From NCBI GenBank assembly GCA_008690995.1, contig VRMN01000002.1, forward strand, positions 1,054,001-1,118,000: a stretch of DNA of 64,000 bases. Direction: 5' to 3'. How positions within the stretch are numbered: position 1 is the first letter of the stretch; every line of letters starts with the position of its first letter. The notes beneath the pieces are model-generated. The model ran no database searches. It saw only the letters and a program-made list of their open reading frames with translations, and was not told the origin of the DNA. This DNA is from Porphyridium purpureum. Its lineage: Eukaryota. Shown here in pieces: positions 1-9,356 of the stretch. The translations under genes and the position numbers were made by a program.

Positions 1-195
1 GCATATGTAGGTAACGCCACTTTGTCATTTTTATCGGCTCAACGAGTCAACGGAATTTTGTGTCCGGTGTGGCGCAGGCTGCGGAGGTCTGAGAAGCGGC
101 GACCAAAATGGATAGGGGACAGTCCCTTTTACCACGTTTTACTAGTAAAATGAACCATTTGACTATGAAGAGGATAAAGGTCCGGTGGAACGGGA

Positions 196-804
196 ATGTG
201 CGGGGAGGTTAAGACGGGTAGGGGGCACATTCGCGATTGTCTGCTGCGCTTCGTTCGCGACACTATTGTTCTTCCCTTGCAAGGACGGGGTATGTCTTTG
301 CAAAACATTAGCATTGACATTCGGCACACGCTGCGCACGCTGCACTGGGGCGGGCGCAAGGAAACATATGAGTGTCGTAGAAAAAGCGATGGTGGGAAGC
401 GCTACGATATCGTTGCAGTAACACCAGAATCTGGTTGTCCCCGTCCCTGTATTGGCGAGATGCTACTGTTCTTGAAGATATCGTACACAACGTGTCCTGT
501 CAATGTGCAGGCAGCAGAGTATCCAAACGCGCGAATGACGGTCGAGCACAATCCAACAGAGTGGAATGTCGCTGTGGTATCACCGTGGAACTTGTGTGCG
601 TTGGATAGCTGCTACTGCATTATTGCCTCACCGGTGTTGCATCATTTGGTTGCAGATGATACCCTCGATAATCTGCTCTGCATCCGTGCGGAGCATATCC
701 TCACAAAAGTTTGCGCACTCTTGGATGTGAATACACACGCCCACGACCGCAAATATTTCTGCCTTGATCCGTGTCGTCTCTTGCGAGTAGAAACATATGT
801 GTAG
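196..804 (+). pseudogene. Orphan ORF fragment, possibly the C-terminal region of a Plavaka/CMC-type DNA transposase
   Basis: 202-aa ORF with the pattern RYDIVAV...GEMLLFLKI...VAVV, recalling the beta-rich C-terminal domain of Plavaka/CACTA-like transposases (recalled resemblance, not searched). The upstream frame is blocked by stops and no catalytic core is visible in the window. Confidence 0.3.
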
Positions 805-1066
805 AGGAAAGCATGTCGATGAATTTTGCCCCCTTCGCTCACTTTGAAGACCAACAATGCGATCCCTTCCGTAGCTCGTCCCGCTCTGCCTCGGTGTCTC
901 CAGCCCACCCATGAGCGCGCGGCTCCACGGGTTTGCCTTTGCACATGCAGGGCCTCGAAGGCGTCCGGTAAATTGTTTACGCCGGGCGTAACGAAGCGAT
1001 ACAAAGTCACACCGTTCCCCAACACTACTTCGAGCTCCCAGCGAAGGAGAGGGAGGTGGTTTATGG

Positions 1067-2034
1067 ATGAAAATGCCAGTCCTTATGGAGACAGCAAGCG
1101 AACCGACGAGAAAAACGAATGACGCGCGGGGTTCAAAGCGCAAGCGTACCGGCGTCGAACCAGGTGTGGAGCCAGTGAGTCCACGCGCGGTGCCATCCCA
1201 TTTGGCTCGCGCAGCCCAGATGCAACGTGAACATGATAGTGCAAAGTCAATTGACATTGCGGATATCCGGCACTTGCACGACTTGGGTCGTGCGAGCGAT
1301 GGTATGGCGGTCAGTGACGACGACGGTCTTGTCCATCGACTGCTCCGCGTACTGATGTTCGCCACTGACGTGATAGAAGACCGTGCCCGGATCAAGGAGC
1401 TTGAGATGAGGGTAGCAGCATTGTCCCGGAAGGTCACAATATTGGAGACTCGGATACACGGGAGCGTCGCCGTTGACTCGCTGGATGTCAGCGATATTGA
1501 GACACCAAAGTCGGTAATTGGTGACGTGAGCCTTGCACAGTTCACGAGAGCCGCCCCGATATCGGACGCAGTAGCCGGGAATATCCGCGACATTTACACT
1601 CGTAGATGCGGCATCGCAAAAACATGGCTGCGTTCCATAGCCCCGCATGACAGACCTTACCCATATGAACTGGTTCTGGCAAGATACGCCGGATGACCAT
1701 GGTGGCCGGCCGTGGTGGTTCTCAGTATTGACGGACTTGGCCCTGAAGTTCTTATGAAAGGGTGCGTGCGAGATACCTCTGAAGAAAGCCGCAAGAAAGC
1801 CGACGAAGATGCGATGACATTGAGGAAGGGTTGCATCGTTGTCCGTTTCCTTGGGAAAAGCGCCGCATCTTTTGTGTGGGTCCTCATGGAGCACCTACAC
1901 ATATGAAGCACGATTTTACCCTTGCAGATGGTACGCCGAAAGGGCGCACAAAGCCATCGAAAGAGTTGGCGTCGGCGTATGCCATGGCGAAACAGTATGC
2001 TGATATCAGACTCAATGGCGCAAAGACCCGTTGA
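1067..2034 (+). pseudogene. Coiled-coil plus PWWP-domain protein, disrupted by an in-frame stop and probably a frameshift
   Basis: ORF 1067-1696 ends ELVLARYAG*. The same frame continues PWWPAVV...IVVRFLGKSAASFVWV (ORF 1712-1906), the classic PWWP beta-barrel signature. A helix-like end (KELASAYAMAKQY) lies in another frame to 2034. Confidence 0.7.
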
Positions 2035-2092
2035 TGACTTTTTGTCTGCGCAAGGCGAGCAATAAACTCCATTTATAAGCAGTACACTATGT

Positions 2093-3727
2093 TCAAGGTT
2101 TCGTGTCCGAACCGGAATATTCCATGTAGTCCAGGAACGACGGTGCAGATGCCGCGGATGGTGCGCCCATAGCTTGTTCGATATCGTCGCTTTCATTCAT
2201 TGAGTTCACCGTTGGAGCATGTGAAGGTCGGGGCAAACGACTAACAGACGCGCGCGGGCAATTGATGAGGCGCAATTGAGTTGCACGATATCGGATGGCT
2301 CGACACAAGCGTAGGTCTCCGTCGTTGATTGCGATATCGCTGTCACGGACACAAATTCGGCCCTCTTCGTCCAGCTGTATGGAATGGATATCCGAGCGAA
2401 ACCAGCGTCGGCATATCTGGATACACTTCAATATGCCCATGAAGCCCTTCTCAGGCAGCTTTTCATCAGCCCAAGACGTATATGCTTCCCAGTGTACTGG
2501 AATATTCCATTCGTCTTCATTATCTCCAGACATGTCATCACTTTTCTCCGATCGGTCTTGCCACTCCGATGCGGGGTCATCACGTGCTTGACACACTTTC
2601 GATACCGATGGTGCCCGCGCCTGAGCCGAAGAGACAACGAGGGAGTGCATCTGCAGCATACAGAGCCCTTCCAAGTTGAGTCCGATATCAGCAAACGGAT
2701 AGTCTTTTCCATCCTTCGCACCCGAGCGCAGGTCCAATAGTGACAGCATGAGCGAGTTTGACCACAGTGTCGACGACCAAGCCTTGTCAGATTCGGAACC
2801 GTCCCTATCCGGACGTAGCCATATGGAGTCCGCTTCATCGATTTTCAGCTCACGACAAAGGACACTGTAGTATGGATCCCGTTCAAGCGCCAATATTGAT
2901 CGGCTATACTTTCCCAGGACCTGCGTGATTGCGCAGTAGATCGCAGTCATCCAAGTGATCCCGAGATCGAGAGCTTCCTTCTCCTCGTTTGGCGTGATGC
3001 TGTCATCCAGTGGAACTAGACTTGTACCATATGGTGATACTGGCGTTCTGAACTTTCTGTACAGTCTAGTACTTAATAATGGCCGACAGGCAAACGACTT
3101 GACCGGTTCCTCAACCGTCCCGTCTCGCGTTATGCAGTCGACGACGCGACGCGCGGTTCCCAAGTGGGCCTTGAAAGCTGCCGCGAGCGACATGCGAATA
3201 TTCCTACGGAGCCCATTTTTGGCACCTTCCAGCGATTCCTGCATCAAAGTAGTAAGTGCTTCGTCTTCCATCATGGACGGAGGACCCACAAACCCAATGT
3301 CAGTGTACCATGTGGTAAACATTGTCAAGCCCGGCGATGCCGCTGGCGTGTACGGCTCGCGATGATCATATGTAGCGGCAAGGCGCTCGAAGTTGCGCCA
3401 GAAGTCCATACAGCCCGTACCCGCGTCGTCGACCTTTACAACAGCAGGCAACAGCCCACGATTCACAATATTGCGCACAAAGATATCGGTCGCGGAGCCT
3501 CTTCTGGCTCGCTTCTTCGCTCTGTCTTTCCCGCGGCGCCGCCGCCCAAAATTGGAGCCATCGACTGTGGAAGACAAGGCTGGTGTGACCACAGCCTCCG
3601 CCGGCGCGTCCTCATCCCCCCGCAGCCGCCGGGCCACTGCGCTGCGCGACGATATCTCAGCGCTGCGACTCATTCTAATATTGACACCCGCGCCACGGAC
3701 ACGCGCACCCCTTCCCAAGTCTGCCAT
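2093..3727 (-). CDS. Hypothetical protein (~545 aa) with basic NLS-like stretch
   Basis: Uninterrupted long ORF, first ATG at 3727, containing RRRRGKDRAKKRARRG. No family recognised. Confidence 0.6.
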   Translation of the reverse strand: MADLGRGARVRGAGVNIRMSRSAEISSRSAVARRLRGDEDAPAEAVVTPALSSTVDGSNFGRRRRGKDRAKKRARRGSATDIFVRNIVNRGLLPAVVKVDDAGTGCMDFWRNFERLAATYDHREPYTPAASPGLTMFTTWYTDIGFVGPPSMMEDEALTTLMQESLEGAKNGLRRNIRMSLAAAFKAHLGTARRVVDCITRDGTVEEPVKSFACRPLLSTRLYRKFRTPVSPYGTSLVPLDDSITPNEEKEALDLGITWMTAIYCAITQVLGKYSRSILALERDPYYSVLCRELKIDEADSIWLRPDRDGSESDKAWSSTLWSNSLMLSLLDLRSGAKDGKDYPFADIGLNLEGLCMLQMHSLVVSSAQARAPSVSKVCQARDDPASEWQDRSEKSDDMSGDNEDEWNIPVHWEAYTSWADEKLPEKGFMGILKCIQICRRWFRSDIHSIQLDEEGRICVRDSDIAINDGDLRLCRAIRYRATQLRLINCPRASVSRLPRPSHAPTVNSMNESDDIEQAMGAPSAASAPSFLDYMEYSGSDTKP

Positions 3728-4009
3728 ATGGCGCGCCACCTTCGAGACGCACAAGTTCGCCTATCTCTCTTCTCCCCCTTGGCGAGAGCGCGCGCAAAAG
3801 ACAAGTCTAGATTGGAAAAATAGAGCTATTTTCATATCAAAACGTGACCTCTTGGACGTGACCCGTGTGGGGTGTTGGGGAAGGGATCGCATGCCGTCAA
3901 GTTGCGAAGGGGTCGCTTGCTCGCGGAGAAAAAGGGGAGCGGCGATATTGCGACAGAGGCAGGTTCTGCGGAGACGGGGATTTGCCGGCTGACGACAGCA
4001 CTTGTCCAT

Positions 4010-7000
4010 ATGGAACGCTCGCTCGGTTCATACCGGGCGGAGGCATGGGAGCTGGAGGACTTGTACGCGTCCGGAGATATCACCCAGGATGACTTGGACG
4101 CCACTCCATATGGACAAAGGATGTGGTTCGGGCCGCTGCTGCCGCCCGATCTTCCGCAGGTCTCTCGGGTGCGGCGCACGGAAGCCTTGCGCCGTGACGA
4201 GACGGCCGCGTCGGACCCGATGTCTCACGCCGATATCGGAGCCCGCGAGGCGCACCTGGGCATCGCTGTGAGCCATGCCTTTTTGATGTACTTCAGCAAT
4301 ATTGTTGGAGCTCTCAAGTGTCTACTTGGCGGCGTCACGGTGGCCCACTGGATCGCAGAAACCCCATATGGGCAGCACCACTATTCAGCTCATATGGGAG
4401 AGCGGGAGGTGGCACTGTATCGCATGTTTCTGGCGGCGCAGCGCACGGAACGCCTCTTTGCGTGGTCATATGACGAATTCACGGGTGCGGTTGCCGACCA
4501 AAGTGCTCCGCGCCAGCTTTCATATGGACATAAGCGCAGGCGCACTGACGCAGGTGCACTCGGATATCCGAGCCGTGCACGCATTGAAGAGAGTCTAGAC
4601 TTGGAGGCGTGGCTGCTGAAGCAGAGATGCGAGTGGCCTCGCCGCCTGACAACCGTTGGCCCATATGAGCTCAGCCCAAAGCCGACGCGAAGTGACGGCT
4701 GGAACAGCGCATATGCTCATTTTTACCATTTGCGCTCGCTTATGCCTGCTGCGTACGGTGCGCTATCATATGATGCTGCATTGGTGGTTCGCGTTGACGA
4801 TGATGCGGTGGAGCGCATCTTGAGGCTTACTCGCAACGCTTATCGGCTTCCTCAATTGCCGCGCAATATTGCATTCCCGTGCAACAGAGAAGCATGCCCG
4901 GCCGTCATTTTCGTCCACGAAGGCCCAAGGTTCCATGTGGAGACGATGCCGACAGGTCCGCGCAGGGCAAGAGACGTTGACCAATTGTTCCCGAAGGGAT
5001 GCTTGGCGCGCTTAGAACGCATCCGCGCCGCGCGCGTGATGATGGACTTTGCGACAACGCTCCTCGATATCAGCACGTATGCTATCGTATGGTTTGGCAG
5101 AGATGGCGCTCTTGCGCATATGCGAAACTTGGTCCAAGAGCTTCGGAGCCGTGTCATGTCCGCTGACTACTCGGGATCGGTCTTCCCATACGGGCCCACC
5201 GAGATGGATGAACAGCTGCAAAGGGTGTTTCGCTGGCCGCCACACCATACAGAGTATCATGGGCGCCAGCTGCGCGAAGCCTTCAGGATGGAAAACGTCC
5301 CGACCCAGCAGATTTCTGCAGATGGGCAGACTTATACCGTCCCACGCTACTCCGAGCGGCACGCCGTCGATATATGTGTAGCACGGCTGCGGAGCGCTCA
5401 GCTGTATGCTTGGCCTTCGATTGCGAGGACGCAATTGTATGCGTTCCGGGACGCGATAAATCCAGATGGAACGCACGTTCCAGAATTACTCGCACCACGC
5501 TTCGATGTCGGCATGGGCAACATCCTGGAATGGGGCATTGAGCTATGGGACCACACGGTAGAGGCGCACAATCGAATATTCGCACATGCGACGCATGACT
5601 ACCTGTGGGACGACCTGCCCGAACTGCATGCCACACCGAGGGACACGGACTTGGCCATTGCCAAGGTGTTTGGCAGCTTCCATATGGAGCACGGAGGTAG
5701 CAGGATCAACTTTGGCCTTCCTGAAGACCTCAATATTGATGCAGCCTCGCACGCAGCATCCATCGAGCTCGACACGGCAGCAATCCAGTATTGGAAGGCG
5801 CAAGAGACTGCCTTTGCCTGGGATCGGGGGAGCAGCAGCGTGTGGGTACGATGGTTATCTGGCAACGTGACCCGAAGACATACGTACCGCGGACACCAGT
5901 GCACATCTAATGTGCGATCAATAGAGCATGGGGGGACCGCGCCATATGGTGTCTGGATCGCCATGCTCAGGCGATTGTGGGTGGATGGCTGGCAGCTGCA
6001 GAGGGGCCTTGAATGTGCAGCGGAGATGCTACCACGCCCGTCCGAGCCGCGCACGCCATATGGCACCCGTTTTGAGGAGCCTTTTGCCCCGCAAACGCAC
6101 CGCACGTCCAGCTTCGCAAGCGGTACTTACGGGGATGTGCCATTGCCAGCGGCCAGCCAAAGTTGGAGCGATGTGGACATCGTGCAAAGTCCGATATCAG
6201 CAGCTGTGCGTGCACTTCCGGCGTCCGCACACGTGGATATCCAAGACTGCTTGATCTGTCAATTTCCAGTGACAGGCCAGTTCATCTACGAGTGCGCGAC
6301 CCTGCACCCGACATGCACCAGCTGCCTGCGCATGACATATGTCTTGAAGGTGGCGAACATGTACAGCGTAGAACTGTCGAACTTCCATATGAATGACAGG
6401 TTCATGCGCAATTACAGCATGTGCGAATTGTGCAGGAAGGCCGTTGGCGTCTGCCGCATATGCGAGCAAAATTACGCATTCGTGCCCTTCCATCTTGCCG
6501 GTGCAATCTGTACGGAAGGCTTCTCGGACGCTTTCGTCGACCACATGGAGAGATGCCTTTTAACATGGCATGTCACAGATTTTGCTGCTTTGGCCGGCTG
6601 CATCGCCGAACCCAGAAGCTCGGGCAGGTGGCGGATATCCACGAACCCACCGCTCGTCGAACTGGTAGCAGGCCAGGCGCGGCGCCACTTCGCGCACAGC
6701 ATATGCCACAATATTGTGCGCATAATGCTCGTCGAAATGCGCCGGGCCCGGGCTCGCCAGATGGCTTTGCAAGTGGAGGATATCCAGGAGTTGCTGGAGT
6801 ACTTCCCTGGAAATCGACGCAGGCCGTATGGAATATCCCGCAAGCTTGCGTTTGACGTTCTGGACACGCGCCGATTTCCTGTGTGGGACGATATCGTCAA
6901 CAAGTACAACATGTACTGGGATATCCGACCGGTCGTACAGGCAATTGGCTCGAGCCCAGATTGGCCTCACCCGCCGAACTTGCCCTGGTGCCAACATATG

Positions 7001-7432
7001 AACAGTACGTGGCGACCTGGGTATATCCGGCATTCTCGGGGTCAGCGCATGATGGAGGATATCCTTTCATATGAGCGACAGCGGGCTCGCTGCTGGTGCG
7101 ATTACTTCGTGTCGGAAACCAAGCTCCGCATGCGGCAGGCACTAAGCGATCATTTGGTCTCGCTGCAGGAAGGCGGCACCGGGTTAATACCGCCGCCACT
7201 GCGAGAGCTTTGCGTGTGCGACGAGTGCAGGACAGGGCAAGGCGTGGCTGCTCATATGAGAAGATACCCAGGGCTGGCGGACGACATGAAGATCGCGTGG
7301 TACCTTGCCAAGAAGGCCATCGCATATGCGAACCACGGCTCCGTGACGGGACCGCTCAATACGTACCAGGTGCCGTCAATATTGACGTGGTCACCGAGGC
7401 AATTCCGTGACCACGCTGACAGCACAGAATGA
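4010..7432 (+). CDS. Large hypothetical protein with C3HC4-like RING finger
   Basis: Open frame 3872-7432, first ATG at 4010. CLIC...CATLHPTCTSC...CELC at ~6248-6433 fits RING spacing, and there are further Cys clusters near the C-terminus (CWC, CVCDEC). Confidence 0.7.
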   Translation: MERSLGSYRAEAWELEDLYASGDITQDDLDATPYGQRMWFGPLLPPDLPQVSRVRRTEALRRDETAASDPMSHADIGAREAHLGIAVSHAFLMYFSNIVGALKCLLGGVTVAHWIAETPYGQHHYSAHMGEREVALYRMFLAAQRTERLFAWSYDEFTGAVADQSAPRQLSYGHKRRRTDAGALGYPSRARIEESLDLEAWLLKQRCEWPRRLTTVGPYELSPKPTRSDGWNSAYAHFYHLRSLMPAAYGALSYDAALVVRVDDDAVERILRLTRNAYRLPQLPRNIAFPCNREACPAVIFVHEGPRFHVETMPTGPRRARDVDQLFPKGCLARLERIRAARVMMDFATTLLDISTYAIVWFGRDGALAHMRNLVQELRSRVMSADYSGSVFPYGPTEMDEQLQRVFRWPPHHTEYHGRQLREAFRMENVPTQQISADGQTYTVPRYSERHAVDICVARLRSAQLYAWPSIARTQLYAFRDAINPDGTHVPELLAPRFDVGMGNILEWGIELWDHTVEAHNRIFAHATHDYLWDDLPELHATPRDTDLAIAKVFGSFHMEHGGSRINFGLPEDLNIDAASHAASIELDTAAIQYWKAQETAFAWDRGSSSVWVRWLSGNVTRRHTYRGHQCTSNVRSIEHGGTAPYGVWIAMLRRLWVDGWQLQRGLECAAEMLPRPSEPRTPYGTRFEEPFAPQTHRTSSFASGTYGDVPLPAASQSWSDVDIVQSPISAAVRALPASAHVDIQDCLICQFPVTGQFIYECATLHPTCTSCLRMTYVLKVANMYSVELSNFHMNDRFMRNYSMCELCRKAVGVCRICEQNYAFVPFHLAGAICTEGFSDAFVDHMERCLLTWHVTDFAALAGCIAEPRSSGRWRISTNPPLVELVAGQARRHFAHSICHNIVRIMLVEMRRARARQMALQVEDIQELLEYFPGNRRRPYGISRKLAFDVLDTRRFPVWDDIVNKYNMYWDIRPVVQAIGSSPDWPHPPNLPWCQHMNSTWRPGYIRHSRGQRMMEDILSYERQRARCWCDYFVSETKLRMRQALSDHLVSLQEGGTGLIPPPLRELCVCDECRTGQGVAAHMRRYPGLADDMKIAWYLAKKAIAYANHGSVTGPLNTYQVPSILTWSPRQFRDHADSTE

Positions 7433-7685
7433 TCCATGTAGACCGGGTACAGGAAGTTGAAATATACAGCCAGTGACAATCAATTAAAAACTCCTGCTGT
7501 TTTGCACATTTTCTATGAAAATAGGTAATTTTAGAATAAAATTGAAGAAGGTCGACATTCCGGTGACCGTGTCATGAGAGGTAGAGGCAGCGCCGTGGTG
7601 CGGATTGTAGTAGAAGGCCATTCTCTTTACTAAACCGAAAGACCTTACCTCTGAGCCTATCTCCAAGTGGTGCCGAGTCGCCAGG

Positions 7686-7979
7686 TGTTATCCGTTCGAC
7701 CCCAGTCACCTAGAACGGTTCGGTTAATCCGAAACCGGTAAGCCGTTAAACCGGTAGACCGTTTAACCGTTTCTAGAAGCTTCTAGAGGTTCCAGAACCT
7801 TCTAGACGCGCGCAGAAATGCCAATGATTTGCATTGTCATTTCTCTTGGCGCCTTGCTGTCCCTGGCGGAAGTAAGGGTATAAAAAGGCGACGCGCCTGC
7901 CCGGACTAGCCGGTCAGGTCTTGCTCGGAGACAGAAGAGGCAAGAAGAAGAGAGAGTAAAAGGCACAGCATTGGTAACA
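7686..7979 (+). repeat. 5' LTR of element A
   Basis: Direct repeat of 12852-13145, identical by eye, with TG...CA termini. Confidence 0.97.
7770..7886 (+). promoter_or_regulatory. LTR promoter: heat-shock-element array plus TATA box
   Basis: tTTCt aGAAg cTTCt aGAGg then gTTCc aGAAc cTTCt (7770-7803). TATAAAAA at 7879-7886. Confidence 0.7.
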
Positions 7980-7981
7980 TT

Positions 7982-7996
7982 TGGTATCATCGCTGG
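7982..7996 (+). other. Primer-binding site, tRNA-iMet type
   Basis: TGGTATCA 2 nt after the 5' LTR matches the start of the canonical iMet PBS (TGGTATCAGAGC). The next bases (TCGC) differ. Confidence 0.75.
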
Positions 7997-8549
7997 TTAC
8001 CTGGGGTTGCTCTAAGGTTCTCTTAGAGTATCTCTGGGGTTGCCTGGGTGGGGGAGTCTGCGGGTTAGGGGGTTCGAGTAAGTCGATCCGGAGGGTGCGA
8101 CGGGCGGAAGCGGGTCTCAGTCTTGGCTGTACGATAGGCCTAGGCCTTGACGGCGGACTCGCTCTCTGCCTTAGCACGCATTAGTAGGCAAGAGCCGTAA
8201 CGGTCAGCCTTCACTAGGATTCATCCTAGTGTCGCACGACCACCTTTGCGAAGGTAGGCGCCGAACACCTCCATACAAGATCGCATCTATAATCCCCGCC
8301 CCAGTGCAAAGGCCCGGGCCGCTCCCCATCCAGCGCAACAGAGGAGGATTGTTGTGTGCTTTGTTGTGTGTGCGTGAGAAGATTGCTGTGTGCGTGTGTG
8401 TGCGTGAGAGGACCGCTTCGTGCGTCGATTTGTGGTCGTGAGGGCGACCGAGCCCCGTTCGTGGTGCGCGCAGCTGTTGGAGAAAGTGAGCATCGGAGGC
8501 TTGCTGTTTGTGTCGTTGTCGTCGTTGAGCGTGCTTTAGTCCAGAAAGC

Positions 8550-9356
8550 ATGGAGATTGATTCGGAGACGCTGGGACCACGTGGCCCGAAGGAGGCCCGT
8601 CTGATGAGGTTCGACGGGAAGCGTGACCTTCTGGTTGTGAAGACGTGGTTGTTCCAGGCGAGAAAGAAGATCTTGGGCCGGCTGTCGGAGAGCATCCACC
8701 CGGACGATTTGGAGAAACGTCTGCTTGCGGAGAGGCGTGCTGTGGACCTGGCATCAGACTATTTCGAGGGAGAGGCGCTTCATTGGTGGGTTCTGAACTG
8801 CGAGCGCTACCCGCAGGAGATCCCCACGACGTGGAATGATTTTGCTGCCCTCGTGAGTGCTCGGTTCACGCCGCAGGATTCGATCAGGCGTGCAAGGGAC
8901 AAGTTGACGCGTCTTTCGCAGAAAGGCCCGGCCCATGCGTATGTGGCGGCTTTTCAGAACGCGGCACTTGTGATTCCGGACTTGTCGGACGCAGAAATGA
9001 TGGACCGCTTTGTGAGGGGTCTGAAGCCCGAGGTCCGCCTGGAAGTTTACAAGCGAGGAGTGAGTACGTTTGCGGAGGCTGCGCAGGTGGCGGTGGTCGT
9101 GGATGACGCCATTCATGCGACCCGCGGCGTGCGTGATTCAAGTGTGAGGGCGCCATTTTTCGGTCGTGCAGCGCAGGAAGGACCTGTCCCGATGGAGCTC
9201 GGGAACGTGCAGGGTCAGAGGCGTGTTCGTACCGAGCTCAAATGCTGGAATTGTGGAAGGCCGGGACACATCGCCAGGAAGTGTCCCGAGGCAAGGAAGT
9301 CTATCCAGCAGCTGGAGGGAGACTCGCTGGAGTCAAAAAACGAGGAGCTCGAGTAG
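8550..9356 (+). CDS. gag: Gag of element A (capsid plus CCHC zinc knuckle)
   Basis: Retrotransposon Gag motifs (WNDF, FVRGLKPEVR, PVPMELG) and the knuckle CWNCGRPGHIARKC. Confidence 0.93.
   Translation: MEIDSETLGPRGPKEARLMRFDGKRDLLVVKTWLFQARKKILGRLSESIHPDDLEKRLLAERRAVDLASDYFEGEALHWWVLNCERYPQEIPTTWNDFAALVSARFTPQDSIRRARDKLTRLSQKGPAHAYVAAFQNAALVIPDLSDAEMMDRFVRGLKPEVRLEVYKRGVSTFAEAAQVAVVVDDAIHATRGVRDSSVRAPFFGRAAQEGPVPMELGNVQGQRRVRTELKCWNCGRPGHIARKCPEARKSIQQLEGDSLESKNEELE

Noticed and set aside
628..1593. 321-aa minus-strand ORF
   Set aside because: Antisense shadow of the PWWP gene, Ser/Arg-rich with no motifs.
7570..7660. Stem GAGGTAGAGG/CCTTACCTC with nearby CGAAA as a hammerhead ribozyme
   Set aside because: The CUGANGA core is missing on both strands.
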